Positions 6,781-15,184 of a DNA stretch of 39,590 nt are shown here, piece by piece. Within the stretch, counting starts at the first letter, position 1. Every line of letters begins with the position of its first letter. Under the pieces are notes generated by a model. It did not search any database. It had not been told where the DNA came from and saw only the letters and a list, made by a program, of their open reading frames with translations. This DNA comes from a virus: positions 1 through 39,590 of IMG/VR virus record IMGVR_UViG_3300045988_011202, one strand, 5' to 3'. A program made the position numbers and the translations under genes.

Positions 6781-7207
6781 TATCGGTCTCCTTTACTTTT
6801 TTCGGATTTTCTGCGCCTTTTATCTCCTCCACGATTGCCGTCAGGCGGTCAAACTCTTCTCGCGTGACAAATTCAGCGCCCGGCTTTTTAGGTGTTACAG
6901 GCCCTATTTCTGCCCGCTCCGTGAGATCGTAAATCTTAAGAGATGGTTTTCCGCTGGCATCTGCCTGCTTGAGATAGACGGTAGGTGCGGTACTGTCCCA
7001 TAAAGCAACCGCCGCGTTAGGCGCTATCATCCAATTCCGGGCCTCCTGCTCGCCGCTTACCCATTGCACCCCGCCCTGTGCGATTGGATTTTGCGGGGCC
7101 TGTGGCGTCTGCATCATAGGCATCTGCTGCTGCCGCATCTGCATGAGTGTGTCCGGCATAGGCTGCGGGTAATAAGGGTTTTGGTAGCCGTAAGGGGTAA
7201 AAGCCAT
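6770..7207 (-). CDS. cargo operon gene C, P/Q/M-rich N-terminus plus a globular C-terminal domain
   Basis: 145 aa. YGYQNPYYPQPMPDTLMQMRQQQMPMMQTPQAPQNP is followed by GVQWVSGEQEARNWMIAPNAAVALWDSTAPTVYLK. Confidence 0.7.
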   Translation of the reverse strand: MAFTPYGYQNPYYPQPMPDTLMQMRQQQMPMMQTPQAPQNPIAQGGVQWVSGEQEARNWMIAPNAAVALWDSTAPTVYLKQADASGKPSLKIYDLTERAEIGPVTPKKPGAEFVTREEFDRLTAIVEEIKGAENPKKVKETDNDG

Positions 7208-7209
7208 AA

Positions 7210-7593
7210 TTATTCCATCCTTTCCGTTGTCCAGTAATATAAGGGCACTTCGCCGCCCGAATTCCAGGAATCAAAAATTACGCCATCCTGTACGCAGACC
7301 ACATGTCCGGATAGAGCAAGGATATAAGTCCCTTTTGGGTGTTCCTCCGCAAACCGCTCCACCGTGTAGCAATCGGGGCATGTGTCCGGGATAATATGCC
7401 GCCGGTATCCGATACTGCGCAAGTAAGACCCCCAACAGGCGTTAGCGTTTGGTAAATCTCCGTCCAAGTAGCCCTGCATGCACAGCCGGAGGTAAACCTC
7501 ACCCCAATCCTTTCCCGTGGCCTTACAGATTGCGCGGACAGTGCAATCGGACACGTTTTTCCCGCATGGATTTGGATTAAAATATTTATACAT
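7210..7593 (-). CDS. cargo operon gene B, putative papain-like (Cys-His-Asp) peptidase or transglutaminase-fold protein
   Basis: The start MYKYFNPNPCGKNVSDCTVRAI overlaps the stop of gene A. Candidate triad is C (SDCTVRA), H (LSGHVVCV) and D (FDSWNS). It resembles a widespread prophage family (from memory). Confidence 0.6.
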   Translation of the reverse strand: MYKYFNPNPCGKNVSDCTVRAICKATGKDWGEVYLRLCMQGYLDGDLPNANACWGSYLRSIGYRRHIIPDTCPDCYTVERFAEEHPKGTYILALSGHVVCVQDGVIFDSWNSGGEVPLYYWTTERME

Positions 7594-7726
7594 GATCGCA
7601 ATCCCTATATAGGCTTTCAGCAATTTCCACATACGCTAAAAGCCCCCGGGGATCGTCTGCGTACAGAATGCAAATATCCTGCGCCATTTGCGCGGTAAAC
7701 CCGCATTTGATTAATCGCTCGTACAT
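7586..7726 (-). CDS. cargo operon gene A, hypothetical 46-aa protein
   Basis: ATG lies 7 nt after AAGGAGG. Translation is MYERLIKCGFTAQMAQDICILYADDPRGLLAYVEIAESLYRDCDHV. It is below the ORF-track cutoff. Confidence 0.5.
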   Translation of the reverse strand: MYERLIKCGFTAQMAQDICILYADDPRGLLAYVEIAESLYRDCDHV

Positions 7727-7750
7727 ATTCCAGCCTCCTTGCCTCTATAA

Positions 7751-7787
7751 TAAAAAAAATCCGGGCAGATAAACTGCCCGGATTCTG
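7751..7787 (-). terminator. rho-independent terminator (minus strand) closing the RHH operon
   Basis: Minus-sense AATCCGGGCAG-UUUAU-CUGCCCGGAUU followed by UUUUUUU. Confidence 0.75.
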
Positions 7788-7804
7788 CCTGGATTCTGCA
7801 ATGA

Positions 7805-7945
7805 TTAATCTTCTTTTTTTATTGCCTCTTTAATTAGTTTCTCGATGTAGTTCGAGACGCTGCGCCCATCCGCTTCAGCGGCGGCCTGCAGTTGGGATTT
7901 GAGATCCGGCGTGATCCGGATTACGAGACGGTCTGTTTTTGCCAC
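7805..7945 (-). CDS. ribbon-helix-helix (CopG/Arc-like) DNA-binding protein, 46 aa
   Basis: GTG start after GGAGGT. VAKTDRLVIRITPDLKSQLQAAAEADGRSVSNYIEKLIKEAIKKED shows the classic RHH beta-alpha-alpha pattern. Confidence 0.7.
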   Translation of the reverse strand: MAKTDRLVIRITPDLKSQLQAAAEADGRSVSNYIEKLIKEAIKKED

Positions 7946-7961
7946 TTGCTACCTCCAAAAT

Positions 7962-8366
7962 TTAATCCCACATATGCGCTACGCAATATGCGCTCCATTT
8001 TTCCTCCATCTCGGATATGGCTACGTTATAATCCTCACCCGCCAAAATTTTATGCGCAGCGGATTGACCGGCTGTGCGTTTGGCGTAATTTTCGGCCTTG
8101 CTCCACTCATCCGCCTTGAGATATGCAACAGCTTTTGGATATTGCTTGCGCAGCGCATCAAGATCGTGAGTCGGCTTAGGGCGGACACCCATACCGCCAC
8201 ACGCTGCATCACCCTCAAAGGACGCATTTAGTTCCCGATGCCACGCTCGTAAATCGGCCTGCGCGTTTCTGATTTCCGATAGCCCCGGAATGGCGTTTAT
8301 CTTGGCCGCCAAGTCTTGCGCCTCTTGTTTTTCGGATCGCTCTTTTTCCAGTAAGTAATCCATCAT
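7962..8366 (-). CDS. hypothetical 134-aa protein (accessory operon)
   Basis: The start MMDYLLEKERSEKQ lies 8 nt after GGAGGTG. The longer ORF-track start would overlap the upstream gene. Confidence 0.7.
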   Translation of the reverse strand: MMDYLLEKERSEKQEAQDLAAKINAIPGLSEIRNAQADLRAWHRELNASFEGDAACGGMGVRPKPTHDLDALRKQYPKAVAYLKADEWSKAENYAKRTAGQSAAHKILAGEDYNVAISEMEEKWSAYCVAHMWD

Positions 8367-8367
8367 T

Positions 8368-8715
8368 TTAGTGCTCACCTCCATACTCTCCTGTGACATC
8401 CTCAACGTCAAAATTCCAGGAGTCCCCATTATTAATCTCGTCCTCGGTAAGCCCCTGCAATCCATCACCGTCTTCGCCCCTGTTAGCGTTTTCGCACTCG
8501 TGCTCCCACCAAGAGATCAGTTCATCGGCATCCTTATCTGTATAGGTATAGGCTTTGTCGCAACCACAATCGTCAAGATCAATGACATCATGGCCATCGC
8601 GCGCATCGTAACCGCCTATATCGTCAAAGCAATCGGGTTCATACCCGGCATTCCATCCGCCGCGCCAAAGGCGGAGGGTAATCTCCAGCAATCGAGTTTC
8701 GGTTTTGATAAACAT
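8368..8715 (-). CDS. very acidic 115-aa protein (candidate DNA-mimic or anti-defence protein)
   Basis: The start MFIKTETRLLEI follows AGGAGA. D/E-rich stretches include DCFDDIGGYDARDGHDVIDLDDCGCD...EDGDGLQGLTEDEINNGDSWNFDVEDVTGEYGGEH. Confidence 0.7.
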   Translation of the reverse strand: MFIKTETRLLEITLRLWRGGWNAGYEPDCFDDIGGYDARDGHDVIDLDDCGCDKAYTYTDKDADELISWWEHECENANRGEDGDGLQGLTEDEINNGDSWNFDVEDVTGEYGGEH

Positions 8716-8766
8716 TTGATTTTCTCCTTTCAAAATTGGCCTGTCCGTTATCTTTACTGTGGTTAC

Positions 8767-8795
8767 AGTGTACACCATTTGTACACATAATGCAA
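8767..8795 (-). promoter_or_regulatory. promoter of the acidic-protein/RHH operon, with two TGTACA palindromes 11 bp apart
   Basis: Minus-sense TTGCAT-17 nt-TACACT. TGTACA sits at 8769-8774 and 8780-8785 within direct GTGTACA repeats, inside the spacer and -10. A further inverted repeat TGCACAAA-N13-TTTGTGCA lies upstream (about 8808-8836). Confidence 0.5.
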
Positions 8796-8831
8796 GGAGA
8801 GAAGTGCACAAATTTTTATTATTTTTTTGTG

Positions 8832-8871
8832 CAAAAACGAAAAATAGCCGCACCCAAAAAGGGCACGGCTA
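8832..8871 (-). terminator. rho-independent terminator (minus strand only)
   Basis: Minus-sense AGCCGUGCCC-UUUUU-GGGUGCGGCU has two G-U pairs, which would be C-A mismatches on the + strand. It is followed by AUUUUUCGUUUUU. Confidence 0.65.
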
Positions 8872-8874
8872 CTT

Positions 8875-9150
8875 TTAGGAATTGAATGCATCCGCCAGTT
8901 TTTGGTATGCTCGGCGGCGCAATTTGTAAAATCCATCTACACTGATATGCAGTTTTGCCGCCGTCTGTACGCAGGTGCGGCCAAAAACGTCCACGTCAAT
9001 TACACAGGTTTCCTCGTCTTCCGGTAGCCCTACCGCGCGGATCGTTTCTGTGGCGCGGCATGGTGCCATAGTGGATAGTTTTTTGCGGATCCTTTTGTGC
9101 TGTTCTATCATTTTCCACGGTGTGCCGTGGAGGTGCGGATGCTTATGCAC
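8875..9150 (-). CDS. small sigma70-region-4-like HTH protein (start uncertain)
   Basis: The C-terminus TCVQTAAKLHISVDGFYKLRRRAYQKLADAF looks like a sigma region 4 / RinA-type HTH. The GTG start at 9150 has no RBS; the alternative is ATG 9111. Confidence 0.55.
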   Translation of the reverse strand: MHKHPHLHGTPWKMIEQHKRIRKKLSTMAPCRATETIRAVGLPEDEETCVIDVDVFGRTCVQTAAKLHISVDGFYKLRRRAYQKLADAFNS

Positions 9151-9241
9151 GGGCGTGAGGCCGGCGTAGCGATGTCCTCTGCGCCCTCCAGGTGTTTACC
9201 GTTACCGGATATACCCATCAAACCCGGCATCCTTCAGCCGC

Positions 9242-10291
9242 TCAGATGGGCAGCTCGTTCACTCTCTTCTGGACAGCAGCGTAGTCGTATCCAGCGGATT
9301 CGAGCTTGCAGCGACGCTCAGCACCGTTGCCCCATTTGCCGGCAATAACTTCCAGGGCAATCTCGTTAACTGACTTTTTCACAACACTACCAGTGCTGAT
9401 GGTGCTGAGATCAACCCAGCCATACACGCCGCTAATGTACGCGCCTTTGTCATTAACAGCTCGGAGGTGGATCGGATGCTTGCCGCTGCTTTTTGCCGTC
9501 ACTTTTGCCTTGGATGCCTTGACTTCAGTGCCGGATGTGGCATTTGCGCTCGTATAGTGCTTGCCTCCCTTGAAATCCACAATCTCGCCGACATTCACGT
9601 CCAGCGTGGCGGGCTTGCCCGGCTGCTCAGGCTCTTCCTTGCTGTTCAGCAGCTCATTCACGCGATCCTGCACGGCATCATAGTCGTACCCCTCTGCCTC
9701 CAGGCGCTGGCGGCGGTCGGAGCCATTGCCCCACTCGCCACGGATCACCTCCCGGGCAACCTCGTCCACGGACTTAGCAGGCTGGGCAGATAGACGGCTA
9801 TTGACCTCTGCGGCAATGCGGCCCATGCGCTTGTGCAGGTAGGGCCCGGGACAAGCCGTAGCCGTAAACATACGGTGCTCGGTCAGGTTGCCGTCTGCAC
9901 CCCCGGTGTAGTTAAGGGCCTTGATGCCGTTGCGCTGGCAGATGTCCACGCACAGGTCAATCAGCTTGCTATAAGCTGCATTGGACACGGGCCAGTCGCC
10001 GCCGGTGGCGCAGTTGGCAACCTCGATGTTGACGGCTCGGTTGTCGTTGCTGGGAGACGCAGAGGCCCATGCGCGGTCGCCCTCGTCCACATAGAGGCCC
10101 ACCCGGCCATCGGAGCCGATACCATAGTTGGAGCTGGCCTCGTAGCTGGGTTTGGCAAAGAGATTGCCGCAGGTCTCCACAGACAGATCACCGGCCATGT
10201 GATGGATGGTGATCTTGTCAATGGCGTGGTTCCGTGGATGGTCGCAGTTAGGGGAGAGTTTGGTGTAAGATACCAAGCTGGAATTACTCAT
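9242..10291 (-). CDS. endolysin: N-acetylmuramoyl-L-alanine amidase (Amidase_2/PGRP), CW_7 repeat, SH3-like domain, second CW_7 repeat
   Basis: Start MSNSSLVSYTKLSPN. ITIHHMAGDL...NIEVAN...TEHRMFTATACPG is an Amidase_2 pattern. There are two Cpl-7-type repeats (VAREVIRGEWGNGSDRRQRLEAEGYDYDAVQDRVNELL and ALEVIAGKWGNGAERRCKLESAGYDYAAVQKRVNEL). Confidence 0.93.
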   Translation of the reverse strand: MSNSSLVSYTKLSPNCDHPRNHAIDKITIHHMAGDLSVETCGNLFAKPSYEASSNYGIGSDGRVGLYVDEGDRAWASASPSNDNRAVNIEVANCATGGDWPVSNAAYSKLIDLCVDICQRNGIKALNYTGGADGNLTEHRMFTATACPGPYLHKRMGRIAAEVNSRLSAQPAKSVDEVAREVIRGEWGNGSDRRQRLEAEGYDYDAVQDRVNELLNSKEEPEQPGKPATLDVNVGEIVDFKGGKHYTSANATSGTEVKASKAKVTAKSSGKHPIHLRAVNDKGAYISGVYGWVDLSTISTGSVVKKSVNEIALEVIAGKWGNGAERRCKLESAGYDYAAVQKRVNELPI

Positions 10292-10499
10292 TGCCGCTGC
10301 CCCCTTTGTTGTAGGTGGCCGTGGAGATGCACAGCACAGCGCCCAGGAACGTGTCCACGGCGGTGATGGTGGTGACGATCTCCTCCGAGTAGGGCCAGGC
10401 CCACACGGCGGACAAGGCCGCGTACAGCGTGGCAATGGCCGGCAGGACGATGATGACCAGCCACTTGAGAATGTCATACAGCTTGTCAGGGATTTTCAT
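10284..10499 (-). CDS. holin (Dp-1-type family)
   Basis: 71 aa. MKIPDKLYDILKWLVIIVLPAIATLYAALSAVWAWPYSEEIVTTITAVDTFLGAVL is typical of Phage_holin_Dp1. It overlaps the endolysin start. Confidence 0.85.
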   Translation of the reverse strand: MKIPDKLYDILKWLVIIVLPAIATLYAALSAVWAWPYSEEIVTTITAVDTFLGAVLCISTATYNKGGSGNE

Positions 10500-10539
10500 G
10501 GTTTGCTCCTTTCTGTGCCCGATTCGGGCACCACAAATA

Positions 10540-10797
10540 TTAATTCTTGTTTTCTAAATCGGCGATGCGGTGGTTGGCGACCTTGATCTGCTCCTCCAGC
10601 ACCGGGACGCGCCTCGCAAAATTGTTATGCTCCCGAACTTCCCGGGTCAGCTCCTCCAGCTTAGTGTCGGTGACGGCTTGATGCGTATCCAGCTTGGCCT
10701 GCACATCTCGGGTGGTTTTGCTGCTGGTGATGATTACCCCCAGCAGCGACAAGCCGCCGGTAATCAAGGCCACAATGATAGTTTCCGTCATGTTCAT
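10540..10797 (-). CDS. lysis-module membrane protein with a coiled coil (XhlA-like/holin accessory, tentative)
   Basis: The start MNMTETIIVALITGGLSLLGVIITSS forms a TM helix, followed by a heptad-like region LEELTREVREHNNFARRVPVLEEQIKVANHRIADLE. Confidence 0.6.
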   Translation of the reverse strand: MNMTETIIVALITGGLSLLGVIITSSKTTRDVQAKLDTHQAVTDTKLEELTREVREHNNFARRVPVLEEQIKVANHRIADLENKN

Positions 10798-10896
10798 TCC
10801 TTTCCTGCCGCCAGCAGAGCGGCAAACATAAACCCCAAGCACGATGATGCGGGGATAATCAATAACAGCCACAAAGGATCCATACGGCGCACCTCC

Positions 10897-12846
10897 TCAG
10901 CTTGCAATCCATATTCCGGCGATGTAAATATAGTACCCGGCGGCTATAGCCTCTTTGGGGCGTATCTGTATGGTGCCGGAGGTGGTCAGCCTCGCATCTA
11001 ATGACTTTTGACAGTATACACTCAGAGCATAGGTGGACGTTGGGAAATGGTCGCTTATGTCGGCAATGTCGTATGTTGTATCAGCCGTTAGCGCAACATT
11101 GGTCTCTCCAGACACCCTCAAGATGCCGAGGCCCATCATAGCGGAGTATTTTGCCATACCGCTAAAGCCTTTCAAGTTTGATCCGGATGCGCCAATCGTC
11201 AGATTGGTAGGCCCCAGGCCCAGCAGCGTCAGCGTTCCTGCCACATCGTCGTAGCGAATCACGCTGCGGCTGTTTTGGGCGTCGTAGACGCCCCAAGCTG
11301 CTGTGGATTCCCCGTTGCCGCCGTATACGCCCACATTGTGCGGATTTGCGGCTCCGTCCGTGGTCTGAAAATAGATGTCCTTTTCCGTGTCCGACTTTTT
11401 GTATCCACCCATATAGACAAATCGATCTGCGTATATGGATTTGTCAAAATAGGCATCCAGCCCCACCTGTAATGCCTTAGTTTTATCGTCATCGCACAGG
11501 CGTCCAATGCCAACGGATGATTTTGATTTTGCTAAGTGCTGCAGCACAAAGGACGCCGAAATGTCCCGCATGCTGGAATTGCTGGTGCTAAAAGCATCAA
11601 TTGCCACCACGCGCACCGTGTATCGCTTATTGCTGTCTGCGGGGAAAATGGTGGAGATGTTTTTGGGGGCATACTTATCGGCCTCCGGTATCGTCGGCGT
11701 TACTTCCGTCCACAACCCCGTACCCCCGTATTCTCGGTACTGCACCTTGTAAGCCGCTGTATTTTTGTTGTACAGCGCAGTGATAGCGGCGGTAAAGGTA
11801 ACTTTACCGTACTCTCCCGTGCGGTTCGCTGCGCCGTTTTGCGTGCAACGGGTGGCGGAGATGGACGAGATAGTGGGGACGCTGTATTTGGATACCGTAT
11901 AGCTTAGCGATTTTGTAGCCGTGCGCCCACGGCTATCCGTTACAGCGCATGTGATATACACCGTGCCGTAGTAAGGCAAAAGCCCCGTTGTCCCGCTCGC
12001 CGCAGATGCGGTATACAGTGTGCCGGAGCCCGCCGACCAGCCCACCTTAATGCTGTAAGATTTGATGGTGCTGCCTTGTATACCCGTCCCGGTGATTGTC
12101 ACTGCTATCTTGCTGCGCAGTTGCACAAAGTACCCGCCATAGTTGGTTTTGACGTTTGTGGGGTCACTCACGGCCACTGACAGCGTTGGCACCACGCTTG
12201 CCGGGATTGATAGCGTCACCGTACACTCCGAGCGTCCCACATAAGCGGTGCCGTTGTAAGTCTCACAGATGATCGTTGCCGCCAGTTTTGTGCTGTTGGG
12301 CGCGTTGGTGGCAAGGCTAATAGGCGGTGTCCAGAAGTAAGTTCCCGCTGTGCCATCATATCCCGTGAGCCGCACAGCGCTTTTGCTGCCAATCTTGTAA
12401 TAGAGTTTGTCAGTAAAGTTCGCGCTCTTGCGGCCAATTGTGATTTTAAGGGCCGTGCCGAGTGTGCCCGTGCTGGGCGCTGATACAGCAGATGCGCGTG
12501 GGATGGTGTCCAGCGTCAGCGTCTTTGTCTGCTCGATTACGCCCGCGCTGATCTCCGTGTCCATCCACGTCCGCACCTTAATGCTCCCAGTGCCATCAGC
12601 CTTGTGGCTGACGGTGAGGGTGGTGTCCAAGATGGTCTTGGTGGTATTTTGCGGCAGCGTAAACGCTACTGTGTGCTCGGTCTCTGTGCCGCCATTAATG
12701 GTGATGTAGTAATACGCCTTATCACCGGGGGCATCATTATAGCTGGTGCCGGTCTGCTGTGATGTCCACTTGATGCGGACTTTGGAGGTATTGTTGGCTA
12801 TGGATTGGCCAACTTGCTCCAAGGATAGATTTTGATATACACTCAT
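10897..12846 (-). CDS. tail fibre / receptor-binding minor structural protein (DUF859-type N-terminus)
   Basis: 649 aa. SLEQVGQSIANNTSKVRIKWTSQQTGTSYNDAP...TLDTIPRAS resembles siphovirus DUF859. The gene lies after Tal. Confidence 0.8.
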   Translation of the reverse strand: MSVYQNLSLEQVGQSIANNTSKVRIKWTSQQTGTSYNDAPGDKAYYYITINGGTETEHTVAFTLPQNTTKTILDTTLTVSHKADGTGSIKVRTWMDTEISAGVIEQTKTLTLDTIPRASAVSAPSTGTLGTALKITIGRKSANFTDKLYYKIGSKSAVRLTGYDGTAGTYFWTPPISLATNAPNSTKLAATIICETYNGTAYVGRSECTVTLSIPASVVPTLSVAVSDPTNVKTNYGGYFVQLRSKIAVTITGTGIQGSTIKSYSIKVGWSAGSGTLYTASAASGTTGLLPYYGTVYITCAVTDSRGRTATKSLSYTVSKYSVPTISSISATRCTQNGAANRTGEYGKVTFTAAITALYNKNTAAYKVQYREYGGTGLWTEVTPTIPEADKYAPKNISTIFPADSNKRYTVRVVAIDAFSTSNSSMRDISASFVLQHLAKSKSSVGIGRLCDDDKTKALQVGLDAYFDKSIYADRFVYMGGYKKSDTEKDIYFQTTDGAANPHNVGVYGGNGESTAAWGVYDAQNSRSVIRYDDVAGTLTLLGLGPTNLTIGASGSNLKGFSGMAKYSAMMGLGILRVSGETNVALTADTTYDIADISDHFPTSTYALSVYCQKSLDARLTTSGTIQIRPKEAIAAGYYIYIAGIWIAS

Positions 12847-12860
12847 GGGGCGTTCCCTCC

Positions 12861-14519
12861 TTAGCTGACAATCACATCACCGTTATCGTCCGCCTGTATA
12901 ACAACGTTGCCGATAATCAACACAGTGGTCTTGATTCGCATTGTCTCCACGCCATCTGCCGTGATCTGCAATTCTGGGGTATTATTGCGGACAAACTGTA
13001 ATACATCATTATCCAGCCGCAAAAGGATTTCGTTACCACTCTCTCCGATAATCAAGCCATCGTCCGTAAAGTGGAAGGCTTTGGTGATGGATTCATACTT
13101 GGCTTGCAAATCGCCGTCTACGTTATCAATGCGCTCGGTGACTTTGGTGATGTCAATGCCAAGCTGGTCGGTCAGCACGGAGAGCCTTGTGCTGACCTCC
13201 TCCTTGTAGCTGCCGAAATCCCTGGTTTCCACATAGTTTTCCAGCGCCGACAAGATAATGGAATTGACATTCTGTTGTAAATCGGTGATCTGCTGGGTAG
13301 TGGTTTGGGTTATCTGGCCTGTAGAATCTTCCACCCGCTCGATTAACTCCGCGCGCGTGTTTTCAATGCGCTCGTTTGTTTTTCGATCAGCATCAATTTG
13401 CGATCCGGTATATGTGCGGCTGGTCCCGCCCAACGTGATTTGTGTGTTGCCTGGGTCAAGGATGTCCGGGGCCAACTCCATCAGCGGGTAGGATGCGCTG
13501 TAGCCGTGTGGTGTGCTCAAAAGTGCCGTCATCCTGCCCACCCGGAAATGCTGGATGCCCTCTTGCCAACCCAAATCCACCGCCTTGCAGGTGATGGTCT
13601 CCGGCATGGACAGGCCGTTATCGGCCAGGGCCGCCTTGGCTTTGGTCTGCAAGTTGGCGGCCGCGGTCACATCGTCCCACTTGATATGCCGGGTAATGCG
13701 GCCATATGTGGCCACGCCGGACTTGCTGTAGATGATTTTCCCGGACTTCACAAGGTCATCCGTCAAGTCACCGTCCGGCAGATTTCCGATAGTCAGGCCA
13801 TCCTTGCCTTCCGGCAGGATAGCAGTGTAGATAGACGTGCCGTCAACCTCACTGGATAGGTCAAGCAGGTTTTCGGCAAATTCCACCGTCTGCGTATTTG
13901 TCAGCGGCAGTTCCGCATAATAGTCCAAATAATTGCCGTCATTCTCGTATCGGATCAGCAGATTCCCGCCCAGGGAGGACTCGGACAGCTTGCCCCGGAT
14001 GGCCTCCATCGTAGTCAGGTAGTCGGTACTGCCGCGGGTGATGTAGTTGTTTGGGTCCGCCACAGTGCAGACACCGGGGAGGATTTGCTGCTCAGCAGAC
14101 ACCTGCGCATTGTGCTGTGACAGAATCCAGCGGAAAAAAAATTCCACCACATTCCCGCTTGCGGCGGCGGCATTATAGGAAGCGTCCTCCGTAAAGCCCT
14201 CTGGGAAGTTGAACGGCGGTATGATGCTGTCATTCAGCGCCGCCATAATGCCCTCTGTTTCGATTTTGTGCGCCCCGTAGAAGTCTTTTATATCGCTGGT
14301 TATTCTTCCCCTATATATAGGGAAAGTGCCATCCAGAAGCTCCACAAAGCCGCTCATGCGGCGAAGATTGCTTAAATAGGGATGTTCTGCGTCCACCGTA
14401 AAGGCCATTTCCCCGGCCTTGCTGACCGCCAGCTTCACAGAGGGGTCACGGACGATTAGTTTTTCATCCGCAAGGCGTGGGTCATACAGGATATAGTTTT
14501 TGTATTTGAGTTGATACAT
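12861..14519 (-). CDS. tail-associated lysin / baseplate hub (Tal, prophage tail endopeptidase family)
   Basis: 552 aa. The N-terminus YILYDPRLADEKLIVRDPSVKLAVSKAGEMAFTV...IYRGRI is typical of Prophage_tail proteins. Position after Dit fits. Confidence 0.85.
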   Translation of the reverse strand: MYQLKYKNYILYDPRLADEKLIVRDPSVKLAVSKAGEMAFTVDAEHPYLSNLRRMSGFVELLDGTFPIYRGRITSDIKDFYGAHKIETEGIMAALNDSIIPPFNFPEGFTEDASYNAAAASGNVVEFFFRWILSQHNAQVSAEQQILPGVCTVADPNNYITRGSTDYLTTMEAIRGKLSESSLGGNLLIRYENDGNYLDYYAELPLTNTQTVEFAENLLDLSSEVDGTSIYTAILPEGKDGLTIGNLPDGDLTDDLVKSGKIIYSKSGVATYGRITRHIKWDDVTAAANLQTKAKAALADNGLSMPETITCKAVDLGWQEGIQHFRVGRMTALLSTPHGYSASYPLMELAPDILDPGNTQITLGGTSRTYTGSQIDADRKTNERIENTRAELIERVEDSTGQITQTTTQQITDLQQNVNSIILSALENYVETRDFGSYKEEVSTRLSVLTDQLGIDITKVTERIDNVDGDLQAKYESITKAFHFTDDGLIIGESGNEILLRLDNDVLQFVRNNTPELQITADGVETMRIKTTVLIIGNVVIQADDNGDVIVS

Positions 14520-15184
14520 TACAGGCTCGCCTCCTGGTATGTCACAGTTATGCTACCTGTGCCGCTTGCGACTTTTGCTTTCAAAGTGTTGCTTCCAGCC
14601 GCAAGACGGATAGCGGGCAGAATATGATCTCCCGCGCTGATGTTGATTGTGCTGCTGCCCCAAAGTAAGGTGGTGTCCTGGGCCACCGTAATAGTAGGGA
14701 TGACAGGCCGGCGCTCGTTGGGTAAGGATAACTGTTTGTAGGCCGTGCTAAGGTCAGAGCGGGAAACCGTGGTTTTTGCGTTCTTGTATTTCCACGGGTC
14801 GCAGTCAACCGTGACCGGGATAGTCTGCATCATTTTGACAAGCTCCACCTGCCCAACGGAGCACCGCCCACTGTAAAAATGGGCGGTGTCCTCGGGGAAT
14901 GTTATTTTAACGCGCTTGCCGTGGACTTTGTTGCAGAAATCGGAAATCGTAGCAGGCCATGTCTTGCCGCTCACCGTGTCCACGCCGGTGAGCTTCAGTG
15001 TAATAGTACGGTTCTTATAGGTGACTTCTCCGGTCAGCACTTCAGACGCATCCAGCAGACCGTCCCGGCCCGGAACATCGATCATGTTCGTGCGGACTTC
15101 CGGAAGGGAAATGGACTTACTTGCAAGCAGCAGGCCATATTCTGCGTAGGTATCTTTCCCGTCAAAAAATACTTTTCCAATCAT
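14519..15184 (-). CDS. distal tail protein (Dit, Sipho_tail family)
   Basis: 221 aa. FDGKDTYAEYGLLL...LPEVRTNMIDVPGRDGLLD matches the family. The gene lies directly after the tape measure gene. Confidence 0.85.
   Translation of the reverse strand: MIGKVFFDGKDTYAEYGLLLASKSISLPEVRTNMIDVPGRDGLLDASEVLTGEVTYKNRTITLKLTGVDTVSGKTWPATISDFCNKVHGKRVKITFPEDTAHFYSGRCSVGQVELVKMMQTIPVTVDCDPWKYKNAKTTVSRSDLSTAYKQLSLPNERRPVIPTITVAQDTTLLWGSSTINISAGDHILPAIRLAAGSNTLKAKVASGTGSITVTYQEASL

Noticed and set aside
7727-7800. Dedicated sigma70 promoter for the 8-gene cargo operon
   Set aside because: The only -10-like box (TATTAT) is fused to the terminator U-run and has no acceptable -35. I cannot support a promoter call. 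Expression may come from read-through or from a non-sigma70 promoter.
9242-10477. N-terminal 62-aa extension of the endolysin ORF (411 aa as listed). Similar long N-terminal extensions occur in the ORF-track entries 4520..4912, 7210..7632, 7962..8468, 8368..8853, 10540..10872, 26485..27822, 30151..30597 and 33128..33634.
   Set aside because: The extensions overlap the upstream gene, are P/R/S-rich or otherwise unlike proteins, and internal ATGs with good RBS and stop-start coupling give the family-typical N-termini.
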